64,000 nucleotides of DNA from an uncultured Haloferula sp. (GCA_965652295.1 CBFGTS010000006.1:32001-96000); one strand, 5' to 3'; positions 20,477 to 30,423 are shown, counted from the stretch's first letter. Notes: a model not told the origin generated them from the letters alone. Made by a program: numbers and translations.

Positions 20477-22048
20477 ATGCTCCTCACCACCGCCATCGAC
20501 TACACCAACGGGGCCCCACACATCGGTCACGCCTACGAGAAGGTCCTCGCCGACGTCCTCGCCCGCTATCTCCGCCTGCGCGGCGACGAGTGCTATTTCC
20601 TCACCGGCGTCGACCAGCACGGCCAGAAGGTCCAGCAGACCGCGGAAAAGGAAGGCATCCACCCCGCCACCTTCGCCAAGAAGAAGACGAAGCTTTTCCT
20701 CAATCTCTGGAAAAAGCTCGGCGTCGAATACGATGGCTGGGCCGAGACCACTGACGATCGCCACAAGGCCTGCGTCCAGCAGATCCTCACCGACCTCAAG
20801 GAGAAGGGCGAACTCTACAAAAAGGGCTACAAGGGGTTCTACTCCGTCCGCCAGGAGCAGTTCCTCACCGATCGCGACCGCAACGAAGCCGGCGAGTTCG
20901 GCCCCGAGTGGGGCGAGGTCGTCGAAATCGAGGAGGAAAACTGGTACTTCCGCCTTTCCGACCACGTCGAGTGGCTGAAAAACTACGTCTCTAGTAACGA
21001 AGGCTGCGTCATTCCCTCCTTCCGCCGCAACGAACTGCTCGGCGCCCTTGAGCGCTCCGGCGATCAGGACCTCTGCATTTCCCGCCCGAAGGAGCGCCTG
21101 CGCTGGGGCATCGAGATTCCCTTCGACCCCGACTTCGTCACCTACGTCTGGTTCGACGCGCTCATCAACTACGCCTCCTTCGCCGGCTACCTGGCCGATG
21201 AAAAAGCCGGCCTGCCGGAGTTCGCCAAGCTCTGGCCCGCCGACGGCTCGCCGACACCCGTCCACATCATCGGCAAGGACATCCTCGTCCCCGCCCACGG
21301 CATCTACTGGCTCTGCATGCTCCACGCCATGGGCTTCCCCGATGAGCAGATCCCCCGCCTGCTCGTCCACGGTTGGTGGAACATCAAGGGCGAGAAAATG
21401 TCCAAGTCGCTTGGCAACGTCGTCGATCCCGACGAACTCGCCGACCGTTTCGGTCCCGATGCCATCCGCTACTACCTCGTGCGCGACATCGTCACCGGCC
21501 GCGACGCCGATTTCGACCCCGAACGGCTGGTCATGCTCTACAACCAGGAGCTGGCCAATGAACTCGGCAACCTCTGCAACCGCGCCCTCAACATGACGGC
21601 GCGCTTCACCGACGGCATCTGTCGTACTTCGCACCAGCCCGGTGACGCCGAGGCCGCCCTGCGCCAGTCGCTCACCGAGGCCACCGCCGCCTACCGCGCC
21701 GCCATGGACGGGTGGGACACCACCGCCGCGCTCAAGGCCATCAACGCCCACGTCACCCACTGCAACGCCTATACCGAGCAGAACAAGCCGTGGGAACTTG
21801 CCAAGGATCCGGAGAGCAAGCCGCGCCTCGAAACGGTGCTTTCCCACCTGGTCGAAAGCCTCGCCCACCTCACCGTCCTGCTTTCCCCGATGCTCCCAGA
21901 GCCCGCCGCGCGTCTCGCCCACCAGCTCCGCAAGGAAGACCTGCTCACACTCAAGCTCGACGACCTCCGGTGGGGTCTCATCGAAGACGGCCACGAAACC
22001 GGCAAGCCCAAGCCCGTTTTCCCAAGGATCGTCATTGAAGAGGAGTGA
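20477..22048 (+). CDS. metG: Methionine--tRNA ligase (short form)
   Basis: TTAIDYTNGAPHIGH, YVWFDALINY, IGKDI, KMSKS, LANELGNL; ATG 20477. Confidence 0.96.
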   Translation: MLLTTAIDYTNGAPHIGHAYEKVLADVLARYLRLRGDECYFLTGVDQHGQKVQQTAEKEGIHPATFAKKKTKLFLNLWKKLGVEYDGWAETTDDRHKACVQQILTDLKEKGELYKKGYKGFYSVRQEQFLTDRDRNEAGEFGPEWGEVVEIEEENWYFRLSDHVEWLKNYVSSNEGCVIPSFRRNELLGALERSGDQDLCISRPKERLRWGIEIPFDPDFVTYVWFDALINYASFAGYLADEKAGLPEFAKLWPADGSPTPVHIIGKDILVPAHGIYWLCMLHAMGFPDEQIPRLLVHGWWNIKGEKMSKSLGNVVDPDELADRFGPDAIRYYLVRDIVTGRDADFDPERLVMLYNQELANELGNLCNRALNMTARFTDGICRTSHQPGDAEAALRQSLTEATAAYRAAMDGWDTTAALKAINAHVTHCNAYTEQNKPWELAKDPESKPRLETVLSHLVESLAHLTVLLSPMLPEPAARLAHQLRKEDLLTLKLDDLRWGLIEDGHETGKPKPVFPRIVIEEE

Positions 22049-22064
22049 AGGCTGTCTCCCCTAC

Positions 22065-22179
22065 CAGTGGCATGACCGTCCCGGTCATGAAAGGATAAGG
22101 CCGCAACGACTTGGCAGCCGACAGGAACTCCTCCGGCGTGAGAATTCCTACGTTCACGACCGGGACGGTCGTGCCACTG
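22065..22179. repeat. REP doublet (REPIN-like): two inverted GTGG+hairpin units
   Basis: CAGTGG-CATGACCG-TCC-CGGTCATG (22065-22089) and the inverted copy CAGTGG-CACGACCG-TCC-CGGTCGTG (22155-22179), between convergent genes. Confidence 0.88.
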
Positions 22180-22194
22180 ACAGGCTGCCACGTC

Positions 22195-22506
22195 CTACTC
22201 CCCGAAGTCCCACTCCTTCGGTCGCTTCGGCTTGAAGCGCGTGCGTCCGCTCGCAGCCTGCCTCAGCGGATTGAAGACCGGATCCATGCCGTTCGCTTTC
22301 AGCTCCCACACCCATTCCATCAGCTCGCCGAGCCGACCCTTCGGAAAGCCGCGCTCCTTGAAATAGGTCAGGTATTCCGTGGGCAGATCGTAAATCGGAT
22401 AACCGCGCGGCGGGTGCTCCTTCGGCCCGTATTTCCCAAATGGCATCCGCGTCCGGCCGATCTCATTCAGCAGGTTCCGGAAGTCCTCACGGTCAATCTC
22501 GTTCAC
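22195..22506 (-). CDS. DUF3820-like small protein
   Basis: MPFGKY...DLPTEYLTYF...GFPKGRLGELM...ELKANG; GTG start 22506 inferred. Confidence 0.8.
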   Translation of the reverse strand: MNEIDREDFRNLLNEIGRTRMPFGKYGPKEHPPRGYPIYDLPTEYLTYFKERGFPKGRLGELMEWVWELKANGMDPVFNPLRQAASGRTRFKPKRPKEWDFGE

Positions 22507-22628
22507 GGTGCGATCATCCCCCAGTTGCCGGGAATGTCGAACCGCAGATAACCGTGACCGCCGGCAGGTGTCCGAACGACGAATGAAGACGCATTCCATC
22601 CATCTGCGTCCATCGCCGTTCTTCCCCC

Positions 22629-24248
22629 TCACTCCGAGGGCGGCGGGAACGGCACCTCGCTGACTTCCCACTTCTCGTTTTTCTCGGTGAACGTCTGCAA
22701 GGTCCACGGGCTCGGGATCAACGCCACCAGATGCCCGTGCTGGTCGCGCACGAGGCGCACGTCCATCGATAGCTCCGGCCGGTCGTCCTTGGTCGTCTCT
22801 CCCTCTTTCAGCCGCAGCCAGCGGGCGATCGTCCAATGCGCGGGCTCGATCCGCGTCTCGGCATCATACTCGCCCTGCAGACGATGCTGCATGACCTCGA
22901 ACTGCAACGGTCCCACCGCCCCGAGCAGCGGCGTGTAAACCCCGTCGTTCTCCAGCGGCGTGAATTCGCTCACCACACCCTCTTTCAACATCTGCTCCAG
23001 CCCCGCCCGGAAGCGCTTGAACTTCGCCGTGCTCGCATTGTGCAGCCACGCGAAACACTCCGGCACGAAGCGCGGAATCTCATCGAAACTCAGACTCTTC
23101 TTCGAGCTCAGCGTGTCACCGATCAGAAAGTCGTGGTTGCCCACCAAACCCGCGACATCCCCGGCAAAGGCATCGTCAACCGTCTCCCGGTCCTGGCCGA
23201 ACAGCGTCATGGAATTCGACAGGCGGACCTTGTCGCCGGTGCGCGTGTGAAAGACGTTCATATCCCGCTCGAACTTGCCACTGACGATCCGGATGAAGCT
23301 CACCCGGTCGCGGTGCTTCGGGTTCATGTTCGCCTGGATCTTGAAAACGAACGCCGAGAATTCCTCCGACTCCGGCTCGATTTCCTCGTCGCCCGCCCGG
23401 CGGCCGGAGGGCGTCGGCGCGAGTTCGATGAAGCGATCCAGCAGCATCTGCACGCCGAAGTTGTTCGCCGCACTGCCGAAGAACACCGGTGTCAGCTCAC
23501 CCGCTTCCACGGCCGGAACATCGAAGTCCGCGCCCGCGCCATCCAGCAGCTCCAGCTCATCGGTCACCTGCTCATACACCCCGGTGTCGAGCTTCTCGCG
23601 CACCACCGGGTCGCTGATGTCGCTCACCGCCACGGCGGCCTTGAAGGCACCGCCCGGTGTCCGCTCGAAAAGGTGGACCTGCTTCTTTTCCCGATCGAAC
23701 ACGCCCTTGAACCGAGGCCCGTCACCGAGCGGCCAGTTCAGGGGAAACGCCTGGATTCCCAGCACGCTTTCCAGCTCGTCGAGCAGCTCCAGCGGCGGCT
23801 TCGCCGGCCGGTCGAGCTTGTTCATGAAGGTGAAGATCGGCACGCCGCGGCGACGGCAGACCTCGAACAACTTCCGCGTCTGGCTCTCGATGCCCTTGCC
23901 CGCGTCCACCACCATCACCGCCGCGTCCACCGCCGTCAGCACCCGGTAGGTGTCCTCCGAGAAATCCTTGTGCCCCGGGGTGTCGAGGATGTTCACCACG
24001 TAGTCCTTGTATTCGAACTGCAGGACCGTCGAGCTGATCGAAATCCCCCGCTGCTTCTCCAGCTCCATCCAGTCCGAGGTCGTCGCCCGCTGGTTTTTCC
24101 GCGCCGTCACGCTGCCGGCGAGGTTCAGCGCACCCCCGTAGAGCAGGAACTTCTCCGTAAGCGTCGTCTTCCCGGCGTCCGGGTGCGAGATGATCGCGAA
24201 CGTGCGGCGGCGCGCGACCTCGCGCTGGATTTCATTCGATACGGACAT
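22629..24248 (-). CDS. prfC: Peptide chain release factor 3
   Basis: RRTFAIISHPDAGKTTLTEK, SDWMELEKQRGISI, DTPGHKDFSEDTYR, GAVGPLQFEV. Confidence 0.97.
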   Translation of the reverse strand: MSVSNEIQREVARRRTFAIISHPDAGKTTLTEKFLLYGGALNLAGSVTARKNQRATTSDWMELEKQRGISISSTVLQFEYKDYVVNILDTPGHKDFSEDTYRVLTAVDAAVMVVDAGKGIESQTRKLFEVCRRRGVPIFTFMNKLDRPAKPPLELLDELESVLGIQAFPLNWPLGDGPRFKGVFDREKKQVHLFERTPGGAFKAAVAVSDISDPVVREKLDTGVYEQVTDELELLDGAGADFDVPAVEAGELTPVFFGSAANNFGVQMLLDRFIELAPTPSGRRAGDEEIEPESEEFSAFVFKIQANMNPKHRDRVSFIRIVSGKFERDMNVFHTRTGDKVRLSNSMTLFGQDRETVDDAFAGDVAGLVGNHDFLIGDTLSSKKSLSFDEIPRFVPECFAWLHNASTAKFKRFRAGLEQMLKEGVVSEFTPLENDGVYTPLLGAVGPLQFEVMQHRLQGEYDAETRIEPAHWTIARWLRLKEGETTKDDRPELSMDVRLVRDQHGHLVALIPSPWTLQTFTEKNEKWEVSEVPFPPPSE

Positions 24249-24356
24249 GCGGCCCGCAGGGGCTAACCCCGCAGGGCACCGGCATCAAGCGGATTGGAAC
24301 GCCAGCTTCGGCTCGCCCGGCCCGTCTGCGAGATCAAGCTCGCGTTTCCATGCTCC

Positions 24357-25304
24357 TCAATTGTTCTCGGCCCCCTCCTCGATCCAGCGCTTGATCGCGG
24401 CGAACTCTTCCTCGGTCACCTGCTTCTTCCCTTCCGGCGGCATGTGCTCTTCGTCGTCGAGAGGGAGTTCCATGCGGAAAAGGATGTTGCTGTCCGGATC
24501 GCCGGGCTCGAAGCCTTCCCCCTCCTTGCCACCCGCCAAGGTCAGCTCATAGCTGTCCATCCGCAGCTTGCCCTTCGACTTGTCGGGTCCGTGACACGAG
24601 ACGCATTTCGCATCGAAGATCGGCTGGATGTGCCGGGAGTAGCTCAGCTTTCCCGTTGCTGGAATGGGCGCGGGCTCACGAGCGGGCGGCTCCGCGGTGG
24701 CTGGCTCCGCATCCACCAGCCATCGCTTGATCGGCCCGGGTACCTCGTCCACGAGAAACGTCCGCCCGTGGGTCAGTGAGCCGCCATCGTGACTCGCGAC
24801 GGTCATCACCCCGCCCGACGCCAGCAGCAGGAAAAAATACAACCCGCTTCCCCTTCCCACCGCATCCACCCAGGCCTTCACCATCAGCGTCACAACCGCC
24901 ACGCCAGCAAATCCCACCCCCCACAGCAGGTGGCTCTGCAAAAGCTCGCCGGAATAGTCCTCCGGGTGCGTCTGCCACAGCAGATAGCCGAAGACCGCCG
25001 CGACCACCGCTGCGAGTGCCGTGAAAAACATCGGCCACAGCGTCGAGGCACCGGAGCGACGGAACCAGCGCCCGCACTCCATCAGGATCACCAGCGCCAG
25101 CATGCCGATCGGCAGGTGCAGCACCACCGGATGCAGGTGACCGAGGAAACGGAACCACGACGGCACCGGGTTCTCCTTTCCAAACAACGGCACCCCCAGC
25201 AGTGTGACCAAACCCGCGATCACCCCCAATCCGCCAAGCGTGATCAGCGAGGCAAGAAAGGCGGGACGTCGGGAAGGCTTCGAGTTGGGCATCGGCGCGG
25301 GCAT
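24357..25304 (-). CDS. Membrane protein (His-containing TM region) with C-terminal Planctomycete-type cytochrome c domain
   Basis: GHLHPVVLHLPIG; IQPIFDAKCVSCHG; HMPPEGK...WIEEGA. Confidence 0.85.
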   Translation of the reverse strand: MPAPMPNSKPSRRPAFLASLITLGGLGVIAGLVTLLGVPLFGKENPVPSWFRFLGHLHPVVLHLPIGMLALVILMECGRWFRRSGASTLWPMFFTALAAVVAAVFGYLLWQTHPEDYSGELLQSHLLWGVGFAGVAVVTLMVKAWVDAVGRGSGLYFFLLLASGGVMTVASHDGGSLTHGRTFLVDEVPGPIKRWLVDAEPATAEPPAREPAPIPATGKLSYSRHIQPIFDAKCVSCHGPDKSKGKLRMDSYELTLAGGKEGEGFEPGDPDSNILFRMELPLDDEEHMPPEGKKQVTEEEFAAIKRWIEEGAENN

Positions 25305-25418
25305 GCTAACACCCTTACGAGCCCGACAAGTTGATTCTTATTCCTCAAGCCAGGAAGTCCACAGCGCCCACACCTTCAGCCGACGCTCCGGAAATCTTCC
25401 CCCAATCTCTCCTCCAGA

Positions 25419-25661
25419 TCAGATATCCACCACCGGACCGTCTTTGCTCTTCTTCTTTCCCTCCGGTTTCTTTCCTGCCTTCATGAAAGGAATGAAGCGG
25501 CTGATGTCGATGCCGAGCGACTGAAGGGATTTCACGAAAATGAGAAGAGCCGTGGCCTCGTCGATGATCGGAATTGGGTCGAGAGGTCCGACCATCGGTC
25601 CCCAGATCAAGAGGTAGAGACCCGAGAGGAGCGCGAAAAGGAGAGCAAAAGCCTTTTTCAT
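25419..25661 (-). CDS. Small membrane protein, DUF1232/YkvA-like
   Basis: Hydrophobic N-terminus, PLDPIPIIDEA motif; ATG 25661. Confidence 0.65.
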   Translation of the reverse strand: MKKAFALLFALLSGLYLLIWGPMVGPLDPIPIIDEATALLIFVKSLQSLGIDISRFIPFMKAGKKPEGKKKSKDGPVVDI

Positions 25662-25714
25662 GGCGCGTACCCTACGCCACCCCTCCCTCGAATCAATCGC
25701 CCCCTCGTTCCAAT

Positions 25715-26296
25715 CTACCGGGCGGATTCCAAGTCTTCGATCCCGATGTCCTTGAACTCCACCTTCATCGCGACCCCGGGATGCACCTGAAATCCGATCG
25801 GTCCACTCTTCGCGGCGGTCTCGGAGCGGTAGCTCAGGACCTCTTTCCCTTGCAGAAACACGACGTATTCCGGCCCGCGCGCCTCGATCCGCATCCGGTT
25901 CCACTCACCTTCCTTCAGCAGCTTGGCGACACCCTCCGCCTCCACCGGATATGCCCGCTTCGAGGCAATGTAGGGGGAGCCGGTCATGTCGCGCTTCAAC
26001 GAGCCACTGATGCCGATCTGGATCTGGTCGTTCTCCTTGCGCAGAAAGACCCCCGAATCGATCGGTCCGGAAAACCGGAACTGGAACTCGATCGCGAAAT
26101 CCTCATAGGCATCCGGCGTCCAAAGGATCGAGCCCGTCTTTTTCTCGTCGCTCTCACCCGTCAAAACGCCGTCCTTCAACGACCAATCGGCCGAGCCTTC
26201 GACCTTCCAACCATCAAGCGAACCGCCACCGAGCAGCGGCTTGGGAGCGGCGAGCGCGATGGTACCAACGACCAAAAGAAAGAACAGCGGGTTCAT
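25715..26296 (-). CDS. DUF1080 (3-keto-disaccharide hydrolase-like) secreted protein
   Basis: LDGWK, DSGVFLR, GEWNRMRI, GPIGFQVH, VEFKDI; ATGA overlap with the cimA stop. Confidence 0.88.
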   Translation of the reverse strand: MNPLFFLLVVGTIALAAPKPLLGGGSLDGWKVEGSADWSLKDGVLTGESDEKKTGSILWTPDAYEDFAIEFQFRFSGPIDSGVFLRKENDQIQIGISGSLKRDMTGSPYIASKRAYPVEAEGVAKLLKEGEWNRMRIEARGPEYVVFLQGKEVLSYRSETAAKSGPIGFQVHPGVAMKVEFKDIGIEDLESAR

Positions 26297-27885
26297 ACGA
26301 CAAGCTTGGTTTGGGCAGCCGATTGATGGCTGCGTTGCAGGAAGAGGTCGATGGCGTCGACGATCGCGATCCATGAAGCCTCGATGATGTTCTCGGACAC
26401 GCCCACCGTGCCCCAGGTCGATTTGCCATCGCCGCTGACCACCAGCACCCGCGTCTTGGCGGCGGTGGCGTCGTGGCTGTCGATGATCCGCACCTTGTAA
26501 TCGAGCAGCGAGACCTCCGCGATCTCCGGGTAGAACGGCAGCAGCGCCTTGCGCAGGGCCTTGTCGAGCGCGTTCACCACTCCATGGCCCTCGGCCACCG
26601 TGTACTCCGCTTCGTCGCCCACGTGGACCTTCACCGTCGCCTCGCAGACCGGGTCGTGACCGTCACGATACAGCCGGTAGGAGGTGTGGAATTCCTTCAG
26701 CTCGAAGGGTTTTCCATAGCCTCCCATTTCCTTGCGGATCAGCAATTCCAGCGAACCTCCGGCCGCCTCGAACGAGTAGCCTTCGTGTTCGAGATCCTTG
26801 ATGCGTGCCAGCACCGCTTTGGCTTCCGGCGATCCCTTTTCCAGACCCAGGCCGAGTGCCTCCGCCTTGAGAAGGATGTTCGACTGGCCGCTTAGTTCGG
26901 AAACCAGGATCTGCTGCGAGTTGCCAACCGAGCCCGGCTCGATGTGCTCATAGCTACGGGCGAGCTTCTGGACGGCGTTGACGTGCATCCCCCCCTTGTG
27001 GGCGAAAGCCGTGCGGCCCACGAACGGCGCGCGAGCGAAGTGCGGGTTGTTGGAAACGTCGTCAACGAAGTACGAGAGATCCTTGAGTTGCGTCAGGTCC
27101 GGCACGACTTCGATTCCCATCTTCAGCTGGAGAATCGGGATGACCGAGGTCAGGTTGCAGTTTCCGGTGCGCTCGCCGTAGCCGTTGATCGTCCCCTGCA
27201 CCTGGATGCCGCCGGCCCTCACCGCGGCGATCGCGTTGGCGACCGCCAGCTCGCAGTCGTTGTGGGTGTGGATGCCGAAGGCGGTACCGGGAACGGCCTC
27301 GGCCACCGCCTTGCAGATCACCATCACCTCACTCGGCAGCGTGCCGCCATTCGTATCGCACAATACCAGCACGTCCGCGCCCCCCTCGGCAGCGGCCTTC
27401 AGGGTCGCCAGCGCGTGCTCCGGCGAGGCTTTGTAGCCATCGAAAAAGTGCTCGGCATCGTAGACCACTTCGCGGTCGTTCTCCTTCAGGTGGCGGACCG
27501 TGTCGCGGATCATTGCCTGGTTTTCCTCAACCGTCGTGCGCAGCACCTCGGTCACGTGAAGGTCCCAGCTTTTTCCGAAAATCGTCACCACCGGCGTCTC
27601 CGCCTCCAGCAGTAAACGGACCTGCGGATCGTCCTCCACCTTCACGTCCGCGCGGCGGGTCGAGCCGAACGCCGCCAGCTTCGCGTGGCCCAGCTTCAGC
27701 TTCTTCGCCTCCTGGAAAAACTCGATGTCCTTCGGGTTCGATCCCGGCCAGCCGCCTTCGATGTAATCCACGCCGAAGGCGTCGAGCCGTTGCGCGATCC
27801 GCAGCTTGTCGAGCATCGATAGCTGGAAGCCCTCGCCCTGCGTGCCGTCACGCAGTGTGGTGTCGTAGAGTTGAACGGATTTCAT
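26293..27885 (-). CDS. cimA: Citramalate synthase (LeuA/CimA family)
   Basis: YDTTLRDGTQGE, IEGGWPGSNPKD, YDAEHFFDG, HTHND, AFAHKGGMH, WGTVGVSENII; ATG 27885. Confidence 0.92.
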   Translation of the reverse strand: MKSVQLYDTTLRDGTQGEGFQLSMLDKLRIAQRLDAFGVDYIEGGWPGSNPKDIEFFQEAKKLKLGHAKLAAFGSTRRADVKVEDDPQVRLLLEAETPVVTIFGKSWDLHVTEVLRTTVEENQAMIRDTVRHLKENDREVVYDAEHFFDGYKASPEHALATLKAAAEGGADVLVLCDTNGGTLPSEVMVICKAVAEAVPGTAFGIHTHNDCELAVANAIAAVRAGGIQVQGTINGYGERTGNCNLTSVIPILQLKMGIEVVPDLTQLKDLSYFVDDVSNNPHFARAPFVGRTAFAHKGGMHVNAVQKLARSYEHIEPGSVGNSQQILVSELSGQSNILLKAEALGLGLEKGSPEAKAVLARIKDLEHEGYSFEAAGGSLELLIRKEMGGYGKPFELKEFHTSYRLYRDGHDPVCEATVKVHVGDEAEYTVAEGHGVVNALDKALRKALLPFYPEIAEVSLLDYKVRIIDSHDATAAKTRVLVVSGDGKSTWGTVGVSENIIEASWIAIVDAIDLFLQRSHQSAAQTKLVV

Positions 27886-27977
27886 GGATTCTGCCGGGAG
27901 GCCGGGATGTAGCAGCCTCCACCCCGCCCGGCAACCCACGATGCAGCCAGCCTGTGGATCGCCCACCCCGACGGAAA

Positions 27978-28016
27978 ACGATGAAGCCCGCCCCGGAACG
28001 AATTCCGGGACGGGCT
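27978..28016 (-). terminator. Probable intrinsic terminator of ECF cassette 1
   Basis: Minus strand agcccgtcccggaa-ttcg-ttccggggcgggct followed by tcatcgtttt, ~27 nt after the PDZ gene stop. Confidence 0.65.
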
Positions 28017-28042
28017 CTTGTCTTGCCTCCCTGAGAAATCCG

Positions 28043-29104
28043 TCAATCGCCCGCCGGCGCGTCCTCCGCGGGTGCGGGCGGGGCTACCTCCGGCGCGACT
28101 TCGCCCGCGTCGCGGAAACGTCCGCCTTGGAATCGCAGCCGGATGCCGCCGTCACCGAAGCTTTCCAGCGAACTGCCGAAATCGAGGCTGTCGATCCGCT
28201 GCCGCACGTCTTCCGGCGCGGCCGCCTTGTCTTCCTCGGTCTCGTAGGGGCCTTCCCACACGACCTTGCCGTCCGGACCGAAAACCTTGGCCTGCTTGCC
28301 GGAGCCATCGTTGTTGAGCTCCACGCTGCCGTTTTCATCCATCAACCGGATCGAGGATCCCATGCCATCCGACCGGAACTGCATGCCTTCCGAGCCCATG
28401 CTCATCTGGCGGCGCAAACGCTCCATCATGTGGTTGGGAAACGCCTGATCGATGTCAGGCATCGTCTCATCGAACTGGTCGAGCAACTGGAGGTTGCGCT
28501 GCAAGGCGTCGCGCAGCAGGTCGGCGTGGCGGTCCGGCAGCGAATTCAAGCCGCGGTCGGCCATCCCAAAGCCGGGATCCCGCAAGGGTGCCACGTCCGG
28601 AGCCTGCGGCCGCGGGCCGAGCACCACCTTGAATTCCCGGCGCTCGCCACCTTGGATGGCCTCGATGACCACTTCGTCACCGACGGCGCGGCCGGCAGTG
28701 ATGTCGCTGATGTCCTGGCGCGCACCGATGGGCTTGCCATCGAGTTTGAGAATGATGTCGTTCTTTTCGAGACCCGCCGTCGCGGCAGGTCCTCCTTCGA
28801 GAATCTGGCCGATGATCACCCCTTGGCCGTTCTCCAGCTTCAGGTGCTCGGCGAGAAACTCGGGAACGTTCTCCAGCACCACACCGAGATACGGCTTGCC
28901 TGCTTGGAGAGCTTCCGGCTCGGCCACTTCCACCGCCCGCGGGGCGGCCTGAACGCGGCGCGGCGGGGCATTCTCGATCGTCGCCGGCGGCTGCTGCGGC
29001 GGGATCGGAGCGCGGTCGACCGGGGGCTCGATCGCCATGGCCGGGACCGTCGCCACGGATAGGGCGAGGATCGGGAAAAGCTTTGTCGTCATCTTCGGGT
29101 TCAT
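28043..29104 (-). CDS. Secreted PDZ-domain protein without protease domain (cassette 1)
   Basis: Signal peptide; YLGV...GVIIGQILEGGPAATAGLEKNDIILKLDG; no trypsin-type GxSGG; C-terminal VVWEGPY domain. Confidence 0.85.
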   Translation of the reverse strand: MNPKMTTKLFPILALSVATVPAMAIEPPVDRAPIPPQQPPATIENAPPRRVQAAPRAVEVAEPEALQAGKPYLGVVLENVPEFLAEHLKLENGQGVIIGQILEGGPAATAGLEKNDIILKLDGKPIGARQDISDITAGRAVGDEVVIEAIQGGERREFKVVLGPRPQAPDVAPLRDPGFGMADRGLNSLPDRHADLLRDALQRNLQLLDQFDETMPDIDQAFPNHMMERLRRQMSMGSEGMQFRSDGMGSSIRLMDENGSVELNNDGSGKQAKVFGPDGKVVWEGPYETEEDKAAAPEDVRQRIDSLDFGSSLESFGDGGIRLRFQGGRFRDAGEVAPEVAPPAPAEDAPAGD

Positions 29105-29159
29105 CGTGTTCACTACTATAAGCGCAGTACCTCAGGATTCTCGTCTGCGCATGATTCCG

Positions 29160-29795
29160 TCAGTCCACCTGCTCGGGCAGCACCACGTATTCGACCCGTG
29201 GCACGGTCGTCTCGATCACCTGCCCCTGCTCGTTGAGCAGCTTCATGCGATCCAGAAAAGTCACTTTCACCACCCGCATCGGCTTGGCCTGGCGGTTGTA
29301 GCGCACGCCGAGGTCCTCGGTGCGGCGCACGGCGCTATCGATCGAGGCCGGCTGGAAATGACCCGCTGCCGGGAGCGCTGGCGTGGCCACCGACATCTCG
29401 CTGCGCACCGCCAGCGGAGTCTTGGTGTCCTGGCTGGCTCCGGGGCTCATCTTCACCGCCGTCCATGCGCCTGCCAGCGCCACTGCCGCCGCCGCGGCAA
29501 GCCACGGAAAACGGCTCGTCCCCGAACGTTCCACGGCCGCTGCCACGGGAAAGGGCACGGTTTTCGCCTCCGGCTGAAACGGTACCCGCTCCAGTGTGGC
29601 GGCCAGTTTTTCAGAAAGTGCCGCACTCGGCCGGTTCGGGCGCATCTGCCTCAGCCGCTCCTCGGTTCCTTCCGCCACCGTCTCATCGCCCATCGCCACC
29701 GCGAGGCAATCCAGCAGCACCGGATCGAGACGCCGGGGAACCAGCGATTTCAGCTCGTCTTCGAGGCGTTGGAGTTCGGGTTCCATGGCTTTCAT
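29160..29795 (-). CDS. Putative single-pass anti-sigma factor (cassette 1)
   Basis: TGATG coupling to the sigma stop; TM WLAAAAAVALAGAW; C-terminal beta-rich tail ...VPRVEYVVLP. Confidence 0.75.
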   Translation of the reverse strand: MKAMEPELQRLEDELKSLVPRRLDPVLLDCLAVAMGDETVAEGTEERLRQMRPNRPSAALSEKLAATLERVPFQPEAKTVPFPVAAAVERSGTSRFPWLAAAAAVALAGAWTAVKMSPGASQDTKTPLAVRSEMSVATPALPAAGHFQPASIDSAVRRTEDLGVRYNRQAKPMRVVKVTFLDRMKLLNEQGQVIETTVPRVEYVVLPEQVD

Positions 29796-30391
29796 CAAAT
29801 CGAGAGGTCGCCCTTGCGTCGGGCACCGGAGAGCTTCTTCTTGAGGGCTTCAAGACCGTAGCGATACCGCGAGGCCGCAGTGTTTGGGGAAATATCGAGC
29901 GCTTCTCCGATTTCCGCGAAAGTCCGCTCGCCCCAGACTTTCATCACGATGACCTCGGCAAACTTCTTCGGCAGGTCCTTCAAGCCGCTCTCCAGCAGTT
30001 TCCGCGTCTCGTCGTCCGAGCCGTCGCCGTCGAACCAAGGATGGAACTCATCCTGCAGCTGCACGATCGAGTCCCCCACCACCTGATCCTCGCGGCGTCT
30101 GCGGCGGTCGTCCTTGCGGCCCAGATCGATCGCGAGCCGGCGCAGCGCCGTGTAAAGGTAGGGCATCCACGCCTCCTGGCCGCCGGAGAATTCGTTGGCT
30201 TCGATCTTATCGACCAGCTTCACCAGGGCATCCTGCAGGATGTCCTCGGCGTCTTGCTGGGAGCGCGTCTGCTGGCGGGCGAAAAGCAACAGCTTCGGGC
30301 CGTGCACGGAGAGCCACTCCCGCCAACTTGTCGGGGTGGTGTTGGAAATCATGGCAGGTTGAGGCGTCACCTGTAGTTCGGGAGGGTTCAT
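29795..30391 (-). CDS. ECF sigma-70 family factor (cassette 1)
   Basis: Region 2 DAEDILQDALVKL; region 4 TFAEIGEALDISPNTAASRYRYGL. Confidence 0.93.
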   Translation of the reverse strand: MNPPELQVTPQPAMISNTTPTSWREWLSVHGPKLLLFARQQTRSQQDAEDILQDALVKLVDKIEANEFSGGQEAWMPYLYTALRRLAIDLGRKDDRRRRREDQVVGDSIVQLQDEFHPWFDGDGSDDETRKLLESGLKDLPKKFAEVIVMKVWGERTFAEIGEALDISPNTAASRYRYGLEALKKKLSGARRKGDLSI

Positions 30392-30400
30392 GGCTCAAGC

Positions 30401-30423
30401 GACGCCTTTTTTGCGGATTGTCT
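30401..30423 (-). promoter_or_regulatory. Putative ECF promoter AGACAA-N11-GGCGTC
   Basis: Ends 9 nt before the sigma ATG; same motif and spacing upstream of the paralogous sigma (52342-52364). Confidence 0.5.

Noticed and set aside
27886..27980. Leader-peptide attenuator upstream of cimA
   Set aside because: No Ile/Leu-rich short ORF seen; the nearby hairpin is explained as the terminator of the PDZ gene
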